A stretch of 64,000 nt of DNA from Lama guanicoe. Lineage: Eukaryota. Below, piece after piece: positions 37,211 to 50,527 of this stretch (its first letter is position 1; each line of letters starts with the position of its first letter). The notes under the pieces were generated by a model, which worked only from the letters and a program-made list of their open reading frames with translations, made no database searches and was not told the DNA's origin. A program made the translations under genes and the position numbers. The stretch lies in assembly GCA_013239625.1 (NCBI GenBank), contig MU053652.1, positions 7,897,027 to 7,961,026 of the forward strand. Direction: 5' to 3'.

Positions 37211-38299
37211 GGAAGTGAATCTGCAGTAAATCTGTAGTTTTGCCAGTTTTTAAAAATCGATCTGGTGAAAGTTGAGGTTTCATGCAAAGTTATAGGTAAT
37301 ATATAAATATATGTTATATACTTTTATGTAAAGTAAATAGTTCTGATGCAATTCATTAGCTGGTAGTATTTTCTTAGAACAATAAAGAATGGTTAAAATG
37401 AGATTATTAGGTCTTGTTTTGTAGTTAGTTCTGTTGCCTTTCATGTAGTGTGACTTAACCTATTTTCTATAAAGAGTATATTCGTCTTGCAAGAAAAGTT
37501 AAATGTATCTATTTCTGAATAAGCAAGAAGTTAAGGATTGGAAAAAATAAAACCTTATACTAGCACTTTACACTCATCTCTGGTCCAGATGGATTGGGGT
37601 TAGTAATGTTGACTGTTACCATTCCCTGCCATACTCACCTGGTTTGTTTCAAGATTTAGTGATATATAAGAAGCCATTTTTATTGACTAACTTTAATTTT
37701 TATTTCCTTCAGTTCCTCAGCACTTATTTTAACTTGCTTATATCCTGTAGTTTTTTGTTTATTTTCTCACCTTGTATATAATTTTGGGAGATTAGACCTT
37801 ATGCCTGCATAGTCTTCTATAATTTTTATAACATATAACATCTAGCATACAGATCACTGAATACTTCCTGATTGCATAATTATAATAGATAATTTGTTTG
37901 TTCCCTAGGAATTCACTCAGCATTTCTCATTGCTTGATCAGATTGTTAAAATCTTCACTAATTACGAAAACAAAGTGGTTTAATTCTGCTGCTGAACTAA
38001 TATAGGTGGTAGTAGTAGCTGTCCAATTGTTATTTTGTTTCTGTTCTAAATTCTTAAATAAGTTTAGAGGGAGAGGTGTCTTGAGAGGATCACTGTCTTG
38101 ATGAAGGCCTAAGTTAGGGCAGTACTACTGGGAAGTTGGGGCTGAGAATGTATTTCACCTTGAGTAATATGGAAAGAGAAAAAAGGTTAAAATTCATGGG
38201 ATTTGCAATTTGCAAAGATAGGTAGTCAGCCTTCTCTATTATAGAGGAAAAAGGTGAGTACAAAAGTGTGGGTCATACAGGGCGGACACAAGAGGAGAT

Positions 38300-38930
38300 T
38301 TAGAAGAATCCAGCAGACCTGGGTTATGTATTTCTTGTTATTCTTAGCGCTGTAATATAGGCAAACTTCTTAACAGATATGAGCCTTAATGTCTAGATTT
38401 GTAAAATGGGCTTAGTCAAGGATTTCAGAGAATAATGCAATAATGTGTGTAAAGCACTTAGCTGCCACTTATAAAGTGTTCTGGGACTTTGGAGAAGCAT
38501 GCGAAGGAATGTTGTCAATACTATTTGTTACTTAGTTTAGATTTCCTGTTACTGGCAGGGAGGTTTTTAAAGTAAAATCTTGAATTCTATATTATATTTG
38601 TTTTGGTTTAGGTAAATTAATTCTAACATTTTGTTCTAAAGACAGTAAATTATAAATATATAAATTAAGAGTTAAGCAGCAGCCGAAACAGATCTCTGCA
38701 GAGTTTCTGAGCAGCCTTATTAGCCCCTCTGGCTGCTGACTGAAGAGGAAAACAGGGATCCTGGTATAAGCGTTAGGAGTTCCTGGGTTTTAGTCCATGG
38801 TCTGCCACCAATTAGTCATGAATGTGAGCAAGAATCTCTGCCTTCATGAACCTCACTTTCCTGCTCTGAAAATGAGTGGTTGGACAGATAACACCACAGT
38901 CTTTCCACCTTTAATGTTCTACCACTCTAA
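38300..38930 (+). mobile_element. Two MIR-family fragments (about 38300-38480 and 38760-38930)
   Basis: GCAGACCTGGGTT...TGTAAAATGGG...TAAAGCACTTAG; CCTGGGTTTTAGTCC...CCTCACTTTCCT. Confidence 0.6.
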
Positions 38931-39478
38931 ATATTCTAGTTGCCAGGGACTCTAGCAGGGAAAGAACAGCCCGTCTGTTAACCTTGGCACATGCGTGTAT
39001 TGCACGATGGAGACAAATATAGTATACATCTAAGTGCGAGGTAGATAATCTCAAATCATTTCATTGTGGATTTCCATTTCTAACTCACCTTTTTCTTAGC
39101 ATTACAATTTAATAGACATTTTACTTTAAAAAGACCAGAGTGAACAGAATTAAAAGGTAGTAGTAGTAGTATAATCAGCTCTTAACTAACTTTGAATTAT
39201 TATTATTAATTATTTCTTATAATTACAAGGAATTTTTGGCTTGTTAGAAGTATGCCTTTTAATTAAGATGGTATTATTTTTAAGAGTTTTTTTTGTTAAT
39301 TCCATCTAGAACCTTGTTTCTCATATGAAATTGTATTAGCGTTATGATAGCTGGGTGTTACCTTTTATTGCTTATTGTCTAATGTTAAAAAAAGTTTTTT
39401 TAAGTTTTTAGTTTTAAGTGTTAGACTCAATAGTTACAGTGAACTGACTTGGTTATTTTAGAGTGATTAAATATGAGG

Positions 39479-41663
39479 TTTATTTATTTATTTAATTGAA
39501 GTATAGTCAGTTTACAATGTTGTATCACTTTCTGGTATACAGCATAATGTTTTAGTCATACATATACATGCATGTATTTGTTTCCATATTTTCCATTATA
39601 GGTTGCTATAAGATATTGGACATTGTTCCCTATGCTATATAGTAGGAAGTTGTTGTTTATCTGTTTTATATATAGTAATTAGTATCTACAAATCTTGAAC
39701 TCCCAATTTATCCCTTCCCACCTTCCTCCCCTGGTAACCATAAGTTTGTTTTCTACGTCTGTGAGTCTTCCTGTCTTGTAAATAAGTTCATTTGTGTCTT
39801 TTTTTTTTAGATTCCATATATGAGTGATATCATATGATATTTTTCTTTCTCTTTCTGGCGTACTTCATTTAGAATGACAATCTCCGGGTCCATCCATGTT
39901 GCTGCAAATGGCATTAATTTATTCTTTTTATGGCTAAGTAGTATTCCACTGTATAAATATACCACAGCTTCTTTATCATAGTCATCTTTCAGTGGACATT
40001 TAGGTTGTTTCCATGTCTTGGCTATTGTAAGTAGTGCTGCTGTGAACATTGGAGTGCAGGTGTCTTTTTGAATTAGGGTTCCTTCTGAATCTATGCCCAG
40101 AAGTGGGATTGCTGGGTCATATGGCAAGTCTATTTTTAGTCTTTTGAGGAATCTCCATACTGTTTTCCATAATGGCTGCACCAAACTACATTCCCACCAA
40201 CCTCCACACCCTCTCTAGCATTTATCGTTTATGGACTTTTGAATGATGGCCATTCTGACTGGTATGGGGTGATACCTCATTGTAGTTTTTATATACATTT
40301 CTCTGATAATTAGCAATTTTGAGCATTTTTTTCATGTGCCAATTGGCTGTTTGTATATCCTCATTGGAGAATTGCTTGTTTCGGTCTTCTGCCCATTTTT
40401 GGATGGGGTTGTTTCTTTTTTTGTTATTAAGTTGTATGAGCTGTTCGTATATTCTGGAAATTAAGCCCTTGTCTGTTGCATCATTTACAAATATTTTCTC
40501 CCATTTTGTAGGTTGTCTTCATTTTGTTTATGGTTTCCTTTGCTGTGTGAAAGCTTATAAGTTTAATTGGGCTCCATTTGTTTATTTTTGCTTAATTTCT
40601 ATTGCCTGAGCAGACTGCCCTAGGAGAACATAGCTAATGTTTATGTCAGGAAATGTTTTGCCTATGTTTTCTTCTAGGAGGCTTATGGTGTCTTGCTTTA
40701 TGTTTGCATTTTAAGCCATTTTGAGTTTATTTTTTGTCTGGTGTGAGGGAATGTTCTAATTTCATTGATTTACATGCAGCTGTCCAGTTTGTCCAGCATC
40801 ATTTGCTGAAGAGACTGTCTTTTCTCCGTTGTAGATTCTTGCCTCCTTTGTCAAAGATTAATTAACCCCAAGTCTGGGTTTATTTCTGGGCTCTCTCTGT
40901 TTCATTGATCCATCTGCCTGTTTTTGTGCCAGTACCATGCTGTGTTAATTACTGTTGCTCTGTAGTATTGTCAGGTCTGGGAGGGTTATTCCTCCAGCTT
41001 TGTTCTTTTTCTTCAGTATTGCTTTGGCAATTCTGGGTCTTTTGTGATTCCATATAAATTTTAAGATTATTTGTTTTGTAAAGAAACGTCATGAGTAATT
41101 TGATGGAGATCATATTAAGTCTGTAGATTGCTTTGAGTAGTATGGCTGTTTTAACAATATTAATTCTTCCAATCTAAGAGCATGGGATCTCTTTCTGTTT
41201 CTTTAAATCATCCTAAATTTCCTTAATCAATGTTTTATAATTCTCTGTATATTCCTTGGTCAGGTTTATTCCTATGTTTTCTTTTTTTAATGTGATTTTA
41301 AAAGAGATTTTTTTTTAACTTTCCTTTTCTGTTATTTCGTTAGTGTAAAGAAATGCAATTGATTTCTGTATGTTAATCTTGTTTCCTGCTACCTTGCCAA
41401 ATTATTTTATCAGCTCCAGTAGTTTTTGTATGGCCCCTTTAGAGTTTTCTGTATACAATATCATGTCATCTGCATATAGTGACAATTTTACCTCTTCTCC
41501 TCCAATTTGGATTCCTTTTATTTCTTTTTCTTATCTGAGTGCTGTGGCTAGGATTTCCAATACTATGTTAAATAAAAGTGGTGAGAGTGGGCATCCTTGT
41601 CTTGTTCCACTGTAGTGGGAAGGCTTTCAGCTTTTCACTGTTGAGTGTTATTTTGGCTGTGGG
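39479..41663 (-). mobile_element. Young 5'-truncated L1 (about 2.2 kb; ORF2 3' part plus 3' UTR), antisense in WASL intron 1
   Basis: ORF 39807-40184 (-) encodes [12 protein letters not shown]...[11 protein letters not shown]...TCTPMF..., the L1 ORF2p C-terminus; (TAAA)n tail; TSD core TGAGGTTTA at 39474-39482 and 41670-41678; ORF2 disrupted. Confidence 0.95.
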
Positions 41664-42689
41664 AAAAGTTGAGGTTTAAAAGAGTTCAGCTTCATTATAA
41701 ATTACTCTTTCTAGGAGTCATAGCTTTGATCCAATAGATGAGAACCTAGCATTATTAATAGAGTTCACTTTTGCTGTAAAGATTCTAGAAATGAAACAAG
41801 TTTGTACATTCTTGTTCAGAGTAATATATATGTAATTTTTAACTGTAGATAAAATTCTTGTTGGTGTATGACTGAACAGCCTAGTATTTTTTAAGTATTA
41901 AGTATTGTTTACTAATTTATAGGAGAGTGAAATTGATTAGAAAACATCAGTTTCACTTTGGAGTTAATGTGTTATAGAGAAATTATGGCCCCTTTTTAAA
42001 GAGACCAAATAACTGGTTTAGAGTAATGTTGAAGGTGCAAATCTAGAAAAGCTCCCTTTAGAAAACAGAATCAAAAGAAAGATCTGTAGTAACTTCATAT
42101 TTAAATTACTATGATTGTTAGTTTACTCTAATTGTTCCTTAATATCCTTAGCTCCTTGGTTCTTCTGCCATGGTGATTTTGTTTTTGAACTTACTTTTTA
42201 CCTGATATGAAGATTACTATAGAAATCTGTCTCTATAAGAGGGGTACTCGTTAAAGACCAGATGAATTGAAAAAAAGAAAATGCAAAAGACATCTAGGAA
42301 TATAAAATGCTGTTAAAAATGATATAAGGAGATCGAAATATCATCAACAGATAAACAGTAGCTTTAGGACAATGAAATGTTTTTAAGTTTCATTTTAAAG
42401 TTAAACTTTTATATTAGATTTGGGGAAAGTAAAACTAGTTAGTGTTTTTAAGTATTAAGATAGAGGTGAAGTTGTTTATTTTTGGTTCCAAAACAAACAA
42501 ACAAAAATTAAGTGAAATATTCCAGTATGGTGAATACTTTTTTTGCCAGAAAAATATTGGAGGGTACCTAAACACCTAAGAGATTTTCAGTAAAGGAACT
42601 GTTTGATTTGTATGCAATGCATGAAGCTAATCAAATGACTTCTTCTATTTTTAGTAATAAAATATCATCATGGTCAAGAATTGAGGACT

Positions 42690-43200
42690 TACTGAGCACA
42701 TAATACCTTCCTAGAATTTTGGAATACATGGAAGGGGTAAGGAAGATCTAGTCCTTACCCCTCAATTGTTTACTAAGTAGCCAGGGAAGATAAAAATTAT
42801 GCACAAAAAGATACATTTTATAAGCCAGCATATAGTAAGGATTTGAATAATAGGGGAGATAGGTTTATCACTGTGGGATTCAGTAAATCTTTGTGGGGCT
42901 TGAGCATGAGGACCTTAAATGGCCTCTAGAATGTATGTCAGAGCAAGGAAGCAGCTCATTTCAAGTGTAGGGAAATGTGTGAGCAAGTTTGGAGTAGAAG
43001 ATTTGTATGAAGTGTTTGGAAATACTGAATAGACTGGCTTGACTAGAATTGAGAATGGTATTTGCTTGAAGAGATAGTGATTGATAAATTTGAAGGATAC
43101 ATTAAGGACAGATTTTGGAAGACCTTGAACGTCGGACCTAGGAGCTGAGCTTTAGTTCCTAAATAGGGAGAAGTCACAAAGATGTTGATTCAAAAACGTT
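42690..43200 (-). mobile_element. L2 LINE fragment
   Basis: CTTACTGAGCAC...AGTCCTTACCCCTCAA...CAGATTTTGGAAGACCTTGAA. Confidence 0.6.
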
Positions 43201-43989
43201 TGAGATAGGAAGGATCTAGAAATGGGGAAAACTGGAAATTATTATTCATAATTAGAATACTGTGAGTGAAAACTTTGAAGTTTACTAAACACTATCGTAT
43301 TCATTATCTCAGCAGACCTGGCCCGGCTAAGGAACCTGAATTGTAGAAGCATCTGGAACAGGAAAAGAATTATGAAGGATAGTGAATCCTTCGACTCTGT
43401 TCTCATGGCAGATACCACCTGTCACTCACAGCATTTTTTCCTACTTTGTTGTGATGTGGTTTCTGAATACTCAGCATATCCTTCCTGGCAGCCACTATCG
43501 ATCAGTCCAAGTTCAAAGTAGATGAAGCTCGTTGCCATTCCAAGGCTATATTCTAGAAACTTTGTGAAGAAAAAAAGGCAATATTTCATTGGCTCTGTGA
43601 ATTCAAGATGACAGCAGAACCACGTTATGAAAATGGCTAGATAATAAAGATTGTAGGATTAGAGCTTTTGGAATCCTTTGCATAGTGTTGATTATTGAGG
43701 CCTTAGGAGTGGACTTAGATCTATGAAGGTGTCCGTGCACATCAAAATTACAGAGGGAGGCAGTCTAGCCCATATTTGAGTTGGCCAGCATTTGAAAAGG
43801 ATGGATTTCAGTGAGGAGTTAAAGGGCGAGAAAGTTAGTGTCTTTAAATTACCAGGAAGATGGTATTACACATGTTGTTCTGCAAGTTGTTCACTTGTAT
43901 TTTATATCTTTCACATATTGTCATGTCCATTTATTATCTGTTGCATACTTTTCACTACTGAATCCTATAGTTTATGAATTTCTTTGTAA

Positions 43990-44424
43990 CTCTATTAGCT
44001 TTTTATGGCCAGCTTAACAAAGTACCACAGATTGTGTGGCTTTAAAAACAAATTTATTCTCTCATATTTTTAGAGGCTAGAAGTCCAAAATCAAGGTGTT
44101 GGCAGGGTTGGTTCCTTGTGGAGGCACTGAAAGAGAATCTGTCCCATGCCACTCTGGCCCTTTACTGACCATTCTTGATATTCTTTGTCTTATAGATTCA
44201 TCATTCCAATCTCTACCTATGTAATCAAGGGGTGTTCTTTCTTTGTCTGTTTCTCTGTGTTCTTTTTGTATAAGGACACTAGTCATTGGATTAGCGTCAA
44301 CCCTAATATCGCATCGTAACTTACATCTGCAAAATATCTCTTTTGATATATGGTTGCATTCACAGATACATGCGTTAGGACTTCAGTGTGTTTTTTTAGG
44401 GAGACACAATTCAACCCCTTACAA
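43990..44424 (-). mobile_element. MLT1B/C-like MaLR solo LTR
   Basis: AACAAAGTACCACAGA...GAGGCTAGAAGTCCAAAATCAAGGTGTTGGCAGGG...ATAAGGACACTAGTCATTGGATTAG...ACACAATTCAACCC. Confidence 0.85.
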
Positions 44425-44429
44425 TAGGT

Positions 44430-45390
44430 ATTTTTACCTTCAAGTTTTTGCTTTTAGAAGAAGTTCTGTAACGAACATTCAAATAATTATTTCTATGTAT
44501 CCTTTACAGGTATTTCTATAGAATAAATTCTAAGAAGTGAAGTCAGAGAGCATGAGCATTGAAAAATAGTAGTAGATACTTCCTGAATTGTGTTCCAAAA
44601 CAGTTATTTCCAAACTCTGAATTTAAAAAATACTAGAGACTGCTGAATTGTCTTCCAAAACATTTGTAATCAAGCTCTGTATGTTCATATCAACACTGGG
44701 ATTTAAAAATCTTTTTTGCTTTTGACAGTTTCACTGGTCAAAAAAATCTCATTGTTTGAGTTATAGTTTTTAATGAGGTTAAATATCTTTTCATGTCTAT
44801 TGGTCATGTATATTTCTTCTGTGATTGCCTTATTCTTGTCTTTAAACTGTTTTTCTATTGGGTTATTTGTTTTTTTTTCTTAGTGATTTAAACTCTCTAG
44901 GAACAGTAATTATAGATTATGGTGTTTTTTTTTAGCATTCCAGCATTTTATTTTTTGACAGAAGTATTTTTGATGTTTTTGGTCATTACATAGGTTTTAA
45001 ATTTTTGTGTAGTTAAATGTAATCTTTCAAGTTTTTATTTAATGCTTTTCTAGCTCAGAACTGCAAAAGTATTTACTCACATTTTCCTAGAACTTTTATG
45101 GTTTTATTTTGTACATATTGTCTTTAATCTTTCTGGAAGTGACTTTTGAAAACAAGGGTAGTAGAAATCCAGTGTTAATATTTTTACAAATGGCTAGTTG
45201 TCTTGATGCCATTTATTGAGCAATTAATTTTCTCCTACCTATTTGAAATACTACCTTTATAATTTACCAAATTACCAGATGTACTTAGATCAGTTTCTGC
45301 CTTCTCTTTTTTTAAATTTCTTTGCCAGTATACAGAATTTTTAATTAGTGTAGCTTTATAATGATGATACTTTCGATTAGTTTTAAGTCC
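44430..45390 (-). mobile_element. Old L1ME-type fragment
   Basis: T-rich decayed L1 antisense motifs (AATCTCATTGTT, ATATCTTTTCATGT, CCATTTATTGA). Confidence 0.65.
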
Positions 45391-45480
45391 TTCATCAGTG
45401 TGGGTATCAACTTATGGCCAGTCTTGTTTACTTTATATTCTTACCCACTTTTTCCTTTTCTGTGTTATTTTTTTAACCAT

Positions 45481-45713
45481 TTTTTAAGAATTGAAGTATA
45501 GTTAATTTACAGTGTTGTGTTAGTTTCAGGTGTACAGCAAAGTGATTCAGTTTTACATATATATACACACATATATATGTATTTATATTCCATTCTTTTT
45601 CGATTCTTTTCCATTATAGGTTGTCACAAGATATTGAATATAGTTCCTGTGCTATACAGTAGGTCTTTGTTGTTTATCTATCTTACATATACTAGTGTGT
45701 GTATGTTAATCCC
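45481..45713 (-). mobile_element. Short artiodactyl-type L1 3' end
   Basis: AATTGAAGTATAGTT...CAGGTGTACAGCAAAGTGATTCAG...TTTTCCATTATAGG...TGTGCTATACAGTAGG. Confidence 0.85.
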
Positions 45714-45789
45714 AAGAATTAACCCACTTTTCTCTTTTCTGTATTACTTTTAAGTAAATATCAGGCATCATATGATTTTCTTTCCTAAT

Positions 45790-48070
45790 TAGCCTGGTTG
45801 GAGGTTTATTAATTGTATTGATTTTTCTTAAGTTTTAGCTTAACAGATTATTATTTTTCTTATTTTCTATTTTATTGATTTCTATTCTGGTATCTATTAT
45901 TTCCTTTTGCTTACATTTGGTTTATTTGCTTTTCTTTTTTTTAGTTTTTTTTTTCTTTAAGTGATTACTACTCAGTAGTTCATTTGAGACCTTTTTCTTT
46001 TTCTAACATAGATATTTAGTGCTATACATTTCCTCCTAAATATTGCTTTAGTGGCATGCCACATACTGAGTATGTTGTATTTTAATTTTAATTTAATTTA
46101 AATTACTGTCTAATTTTTCTTTTCATTTCTTTGACCCACATGTTTTCTAGAAGTATGAAATGTAGTTTCCAAAGATTTAGGGATATTCCAGATGTCTTCC
46201 TGTTATTAATTTTTACTTTAATTCCATTGTATTGAAAATATGTGGGTATCAACTCATGGCTAGTCTTGTTTACTTTATACCCTTACCCACTTAAGCAGAA
46301 TTAAGCAGAATATGGCCTAAATTGATGTTCCACATGCACTTGAAAATAATGTGTATTCCACTGTTGTTGGGTTGAATGTTTAGCAAATGTACTGTATCAA
46401 ATAAGTCAGTAGTGTAGTTTAAGTCTTCTTTATCCTTACTGATTTTCTGTCTACTTGCTCTACCAATTTTTGAGAGAAAGGGGTAGAATTCTTCCACTAT
46501 AATTATGAATTTGTTTCTCCATGCAGTCTTTCAGTTTACTTTGCTTTGAACATATTTGTCAGGTACATAAACATATATAAGTTACGTCCTCTTGAATAAT
46601 TGACCATTATCATGAAATGACTCCCTTTGTCTCTGGTGTACTTTGCTCTGAAATCAAGTTTGTTGTTAATATGGTGACTAAAGTTTTCTTTTGATTGATA
46701 CTATAATCTTTTTTGCATTCTTTTACTTTGAATCTCTTTGTGTCTTTATACTTAAACTGGGTTTCATATAGGTAGCACATAGTTAGGTCTTGCTTTTTAA
46801 GCCCTGTCTGACAGTATTTACTTTTTAATTTGGATGTTTAGGCCATTTACATTTAATATGATTATTGATGTGATTGGGTTTAAATCTACCATCTTGCTAC
46901 TTATTTTCTGTTTGCCTCACGTGTTCTTTGTTCCTTTTTTCCTCTTTTTTCTGTCTTTCTTTACATTGCATTAGTACAGGCCATTATGCTATATTGTTGC
47001 CATACATTTTACCTTCTACATATGTTATAAACACCATGATACATTGATATTTTTCTCTAATGATTCAGATATCTTTTAAGGAGATTTGAAAATAAGAAAA
47101 TAACCCACCTGGTTATCATTTCTGGTGCCCTTGATTCCTTTGTCTGGATCCAGACTTCTCTCTGCTATCAGTTTTCTTCAGCCAGAGTATTTTTTCTTTT
47201 TTCTTTTTTCATGAACATCTCTTGTAGTATAGATCTGCTACTGATAAATTCTTTCAGCTTTATATCTCTGAAAGAGTCTATATTTTGCCCTGAATCTTGA
47301 AAGATTTTCTCTGGATATATAATTTTACTTTGATAGTCTTTTTTCTTCTTTCTGTAAAGATGCTGCTCCAGGTATCTTCTTGTTTGCAGTTATTGCAGAC
47401 AGGAAATCTGCTATGGTCCTTTTCTTTAATCTTCTGTACAGTATGTCTTTTTTGTCTGCTTTTAAGATTTTTCTCTTTGTTACTGGTTTGAAGGACTCTG
47501 ATTATGATGTGCTTTGGTATAGTTTTATTATTCCTTGTGTTGGAATTTCTTATGCTTCTTGGATCTGTGGGTTTATGAAAAGTTTATGTCAAGTTTGGAA
47601 ATTTTTCAGACTTTTTTTTCCAAATATACTGCACCCTCCCCCCAAAAGCTGGACTTCAAAAGAGCTGGACACCTTGCTGCTGGGCAGCTCATTTTTTTCC
47701 TTCCGTCTCATTCTCTCACTGTTTCTTTTAGATAGTAGCCATTGCTATGTCTTTAAGGTCACTAATCTTTTGTCTACAATGTCTAATCTGCCATTAATAC
47801 CACCTAGACATTGATTTTTCATCTCAGATGTAGTTTTCATCACTACGGGTTTAATTTGGATTAAAAATGTATTCTGTGTTGCTACTTAACATATTGTATC
47901 TTTGCTCTAGCTCAATGGATAGAATACAGCTATGGTAACTGTTTTAATGTCCTTGTCTACTAATTCTATCATCTGTATCAGTTACTCATGATTTATTCTT
48001 ATCTTTACTATGGATTACATTTTTCTGCTTTTTTACCTGCTTGGTAATTTTTGAATGGATACTAGAGATT
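45790..48070 (-). mobile_element. Old L1M fragment (ORF2 endonuclease region and upstream part)
   Basis: TTTAATTCCATTGT...CACTTGAAAATAATGTGTATTC...GGCCATTTACATTTAAT...AAATTCTTTCAGCTTT...CTTCTTGGATCTGTGGGTTTAT. Confidence 0.8.
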
Positions 48071-48731
48071 GTGAAATTTATCTCTGAATTTCTAGTGATA
48101 AGGTGTTACTTTTTATTTTCCGTCAAAGTTTTCTACAATTGCTAATTGCTATACTTTAAGAGCAACCTGTCCCTTTTGCAATCATAAGTAATCAAATATA
48201 TCTGAAGATACTCATTAATTTTTTTAAAGTTCTCATCATTGAAAAAAATTTCAATTAATAATCACGTAGTTCCTCTCTGCTGCTGTTTCCTCAATTATCT
48301 GATTATTCTTGGTTGTGGTCCAAATTTATGCTTGAAGAACTGCTTTCTAAAATAGCTAGCTAGCTTGGATTTTTTTTTTTAATAGAATGTATTTTTTCAA
48401 CAGTTGTAGATTTACAGAAATCGTGTGGGAAGTACAGAGGGTTTACATATACCCTGTCCTCTCTCTCCACTCCCAGTTTCCCCTATTATGAACATCTTGC
48501 TTTCGTGTGATACATTTGTCAAAATTGATAAACCAGTACTGATGCATTATTATTAACCAGAGTCCATGGTTCATACTAGGTTTGCCTCTACATATCTGTA
48601 GGTTTTAGTTTTCACAAATGCGTTTCATGTATCCACCACATCACAATATCATACAGAATAGTTTTACTGCCCTAAAAATACCCTGTGCTCCACCTGTTTA
48701 TCCCTTCTCCCTCCTGTTGAAATCCCAGGGT

Positions 48732-48763
48732 CTATATATATATATATATATATTTTTTTTTTT
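48732..48763. repeat. (TA)n followed by a T run
   Basis: Directly visible. Confidence 0.9.
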
Positions 48764-50467
48764 ACTTTCTTTATAGTTTTTCCTTTTCCAGAATGTCATA
48801 TAGTTGGAGTAGTGTGGTATGTAGTGTTTACAGACTGGTTTCTTTCACTCAGCAATATGCACTTTAAATTCCTCCATGCCTTTTTGTGGCTTGATAGCTT
48901 ATTACTTTTTATTGGTGAATAATATTTCATTCCAGCATGGATGTACCACAGTTTATCCATTCACCTATTTAAGAAAATCTTAATTGCTTCAGTTTTGGGC
49001 AGTTTTAAGTAAAGCTCTATAAACGTTCATGTGTGTTTTTTGTTTGGATGTAAGTTTTTAGTTGATTTGGGTAAATATCCAGGAGCATGATTGCTGCATC
49101 ATATGGGAAACATGTATTTAGCTTTGTAAGAACCTGACAAAGTGTCTTCCAAAGTGGCTATAGTGTTTTGTATTCCTACTAGCAATAAATGAGAGTTCCT
49201 TCTGTTGCACTTTCTTACAGGATTTGATGTTACTAGTATTTTGGGTTTTAGTTATTCTGATAGATTTATACTCATATCTCATTGTTTTAGTTAGCAATTC
49301 CTAGTGCTATATGATGTTGGGTATCTTTTTGTTTGCTTATTTGTCATCTGTGTATCTTCTTTGGTGACATGTCTGTTCACATTCTTTGCCCAAGTTTTAG
49401 TTGGGTTGTTTGTTTCTTATTATTGAGTTGCAAGAGTTCTTTGTTTTGGATATATATCCTATATCATGTATATTTTGTGTTTTGCATATATTTTCACTCA
49501 TAGTGTGTCTTTTCATTCTTTTATCAGTGTCTTTTGCAGAGCAGAAGTTCTTAATTTTAATGAAGTTCAGTTTATCAGTTTTCTCTTTCATAGGTTGTGC
49601 TTTTGCTGTTGTTTCTACAAAGTCATCATCAAACTCACAGTCATGAATATTTTCTCCTTTGTTATCTTTTAGAAGTTTTATAGCTTTGCATTTGACATTT
49701 AAATCTATGATCAATTTTGAGTTAATATTTGTGAAATATCTGTGATTGGTACCTAGATTGATTTTGACGAGGAGGCATGTGGATGTCCATATTGCAGAAA
49801 GCCTATCCTTTCTCCATTGTATTGTCTTTGCTTCTTTGTCAAAGATCAATTGCGTGTCTTGGTGTGGGTCTGCTTCTGGGCTGTCTTCTATTCCACTGAA
49901 TTGTTTGTTTTCTCACCAATACCACACTGCTTTGATTACTGTAGTTTTTAATAGTTCTTTTTCTTCAACATTGTTTTGGATATTTTGAGTCTTTTGCCTT
50001 TTCATATAAGCTTTAGAATAAGCTTGTTGATGTCCACAAAATAACTTTGGCTGGGATTCTTTTGAATCTATGGACCCAATTAGGAAAGATAGATACCTTA
50101 ACAATATTGAGCTTTCTTATCCATGAATATAAAATACCTCTCTATATCATCTTTGATTTCTTTCATTGGGATTTTGTAATCATATAGATCTTGTATGTAT
50201 TTTGTTAGTTTTATACCTAAATGTTTTACTTTTTTGTGCTAATGTAAATAGTATTTGTTTTTTAATTTCAAATTCTAATTGTTCATTGCTGGTATGTAGG
50301 AAAGCAATTGACTTTTGCATGTTAACTTTGTATCGTACAACCTTGCTTATTAGTTCCAGGAGTTTTTTTGTTTTTGTCTTTGTATTTTTAATTCTTTGGG
50401 ATTTTCTATATAATCACATCATTTGCAAACAAATACAGTTTTATTTCGTCCTTCCCAATCTGTATAT

Positions 50468-50527
50468 CTTTTCTTTTCTTTTCTTTTCTTGTCTTTTCTT
50501 GTCTTGTCTTGTCTTGTCTTGTCTTGT
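50468..50527. repeat. Compound pentanucleotide microsatellite (CTTTT)n/(CTTGT)n
   Basis: Directly visible. Confidence 0.9.

Noticed and set aside
39807..40184. 125-aa ORF as a host gene
   Set aside because: It is the C-terminus of L1 ORF2p in a truncated, disrupted element.
49397..49849. 150-aa ORF as a host gene
   Set aside because: Decayed L1 ORF2 fragment.
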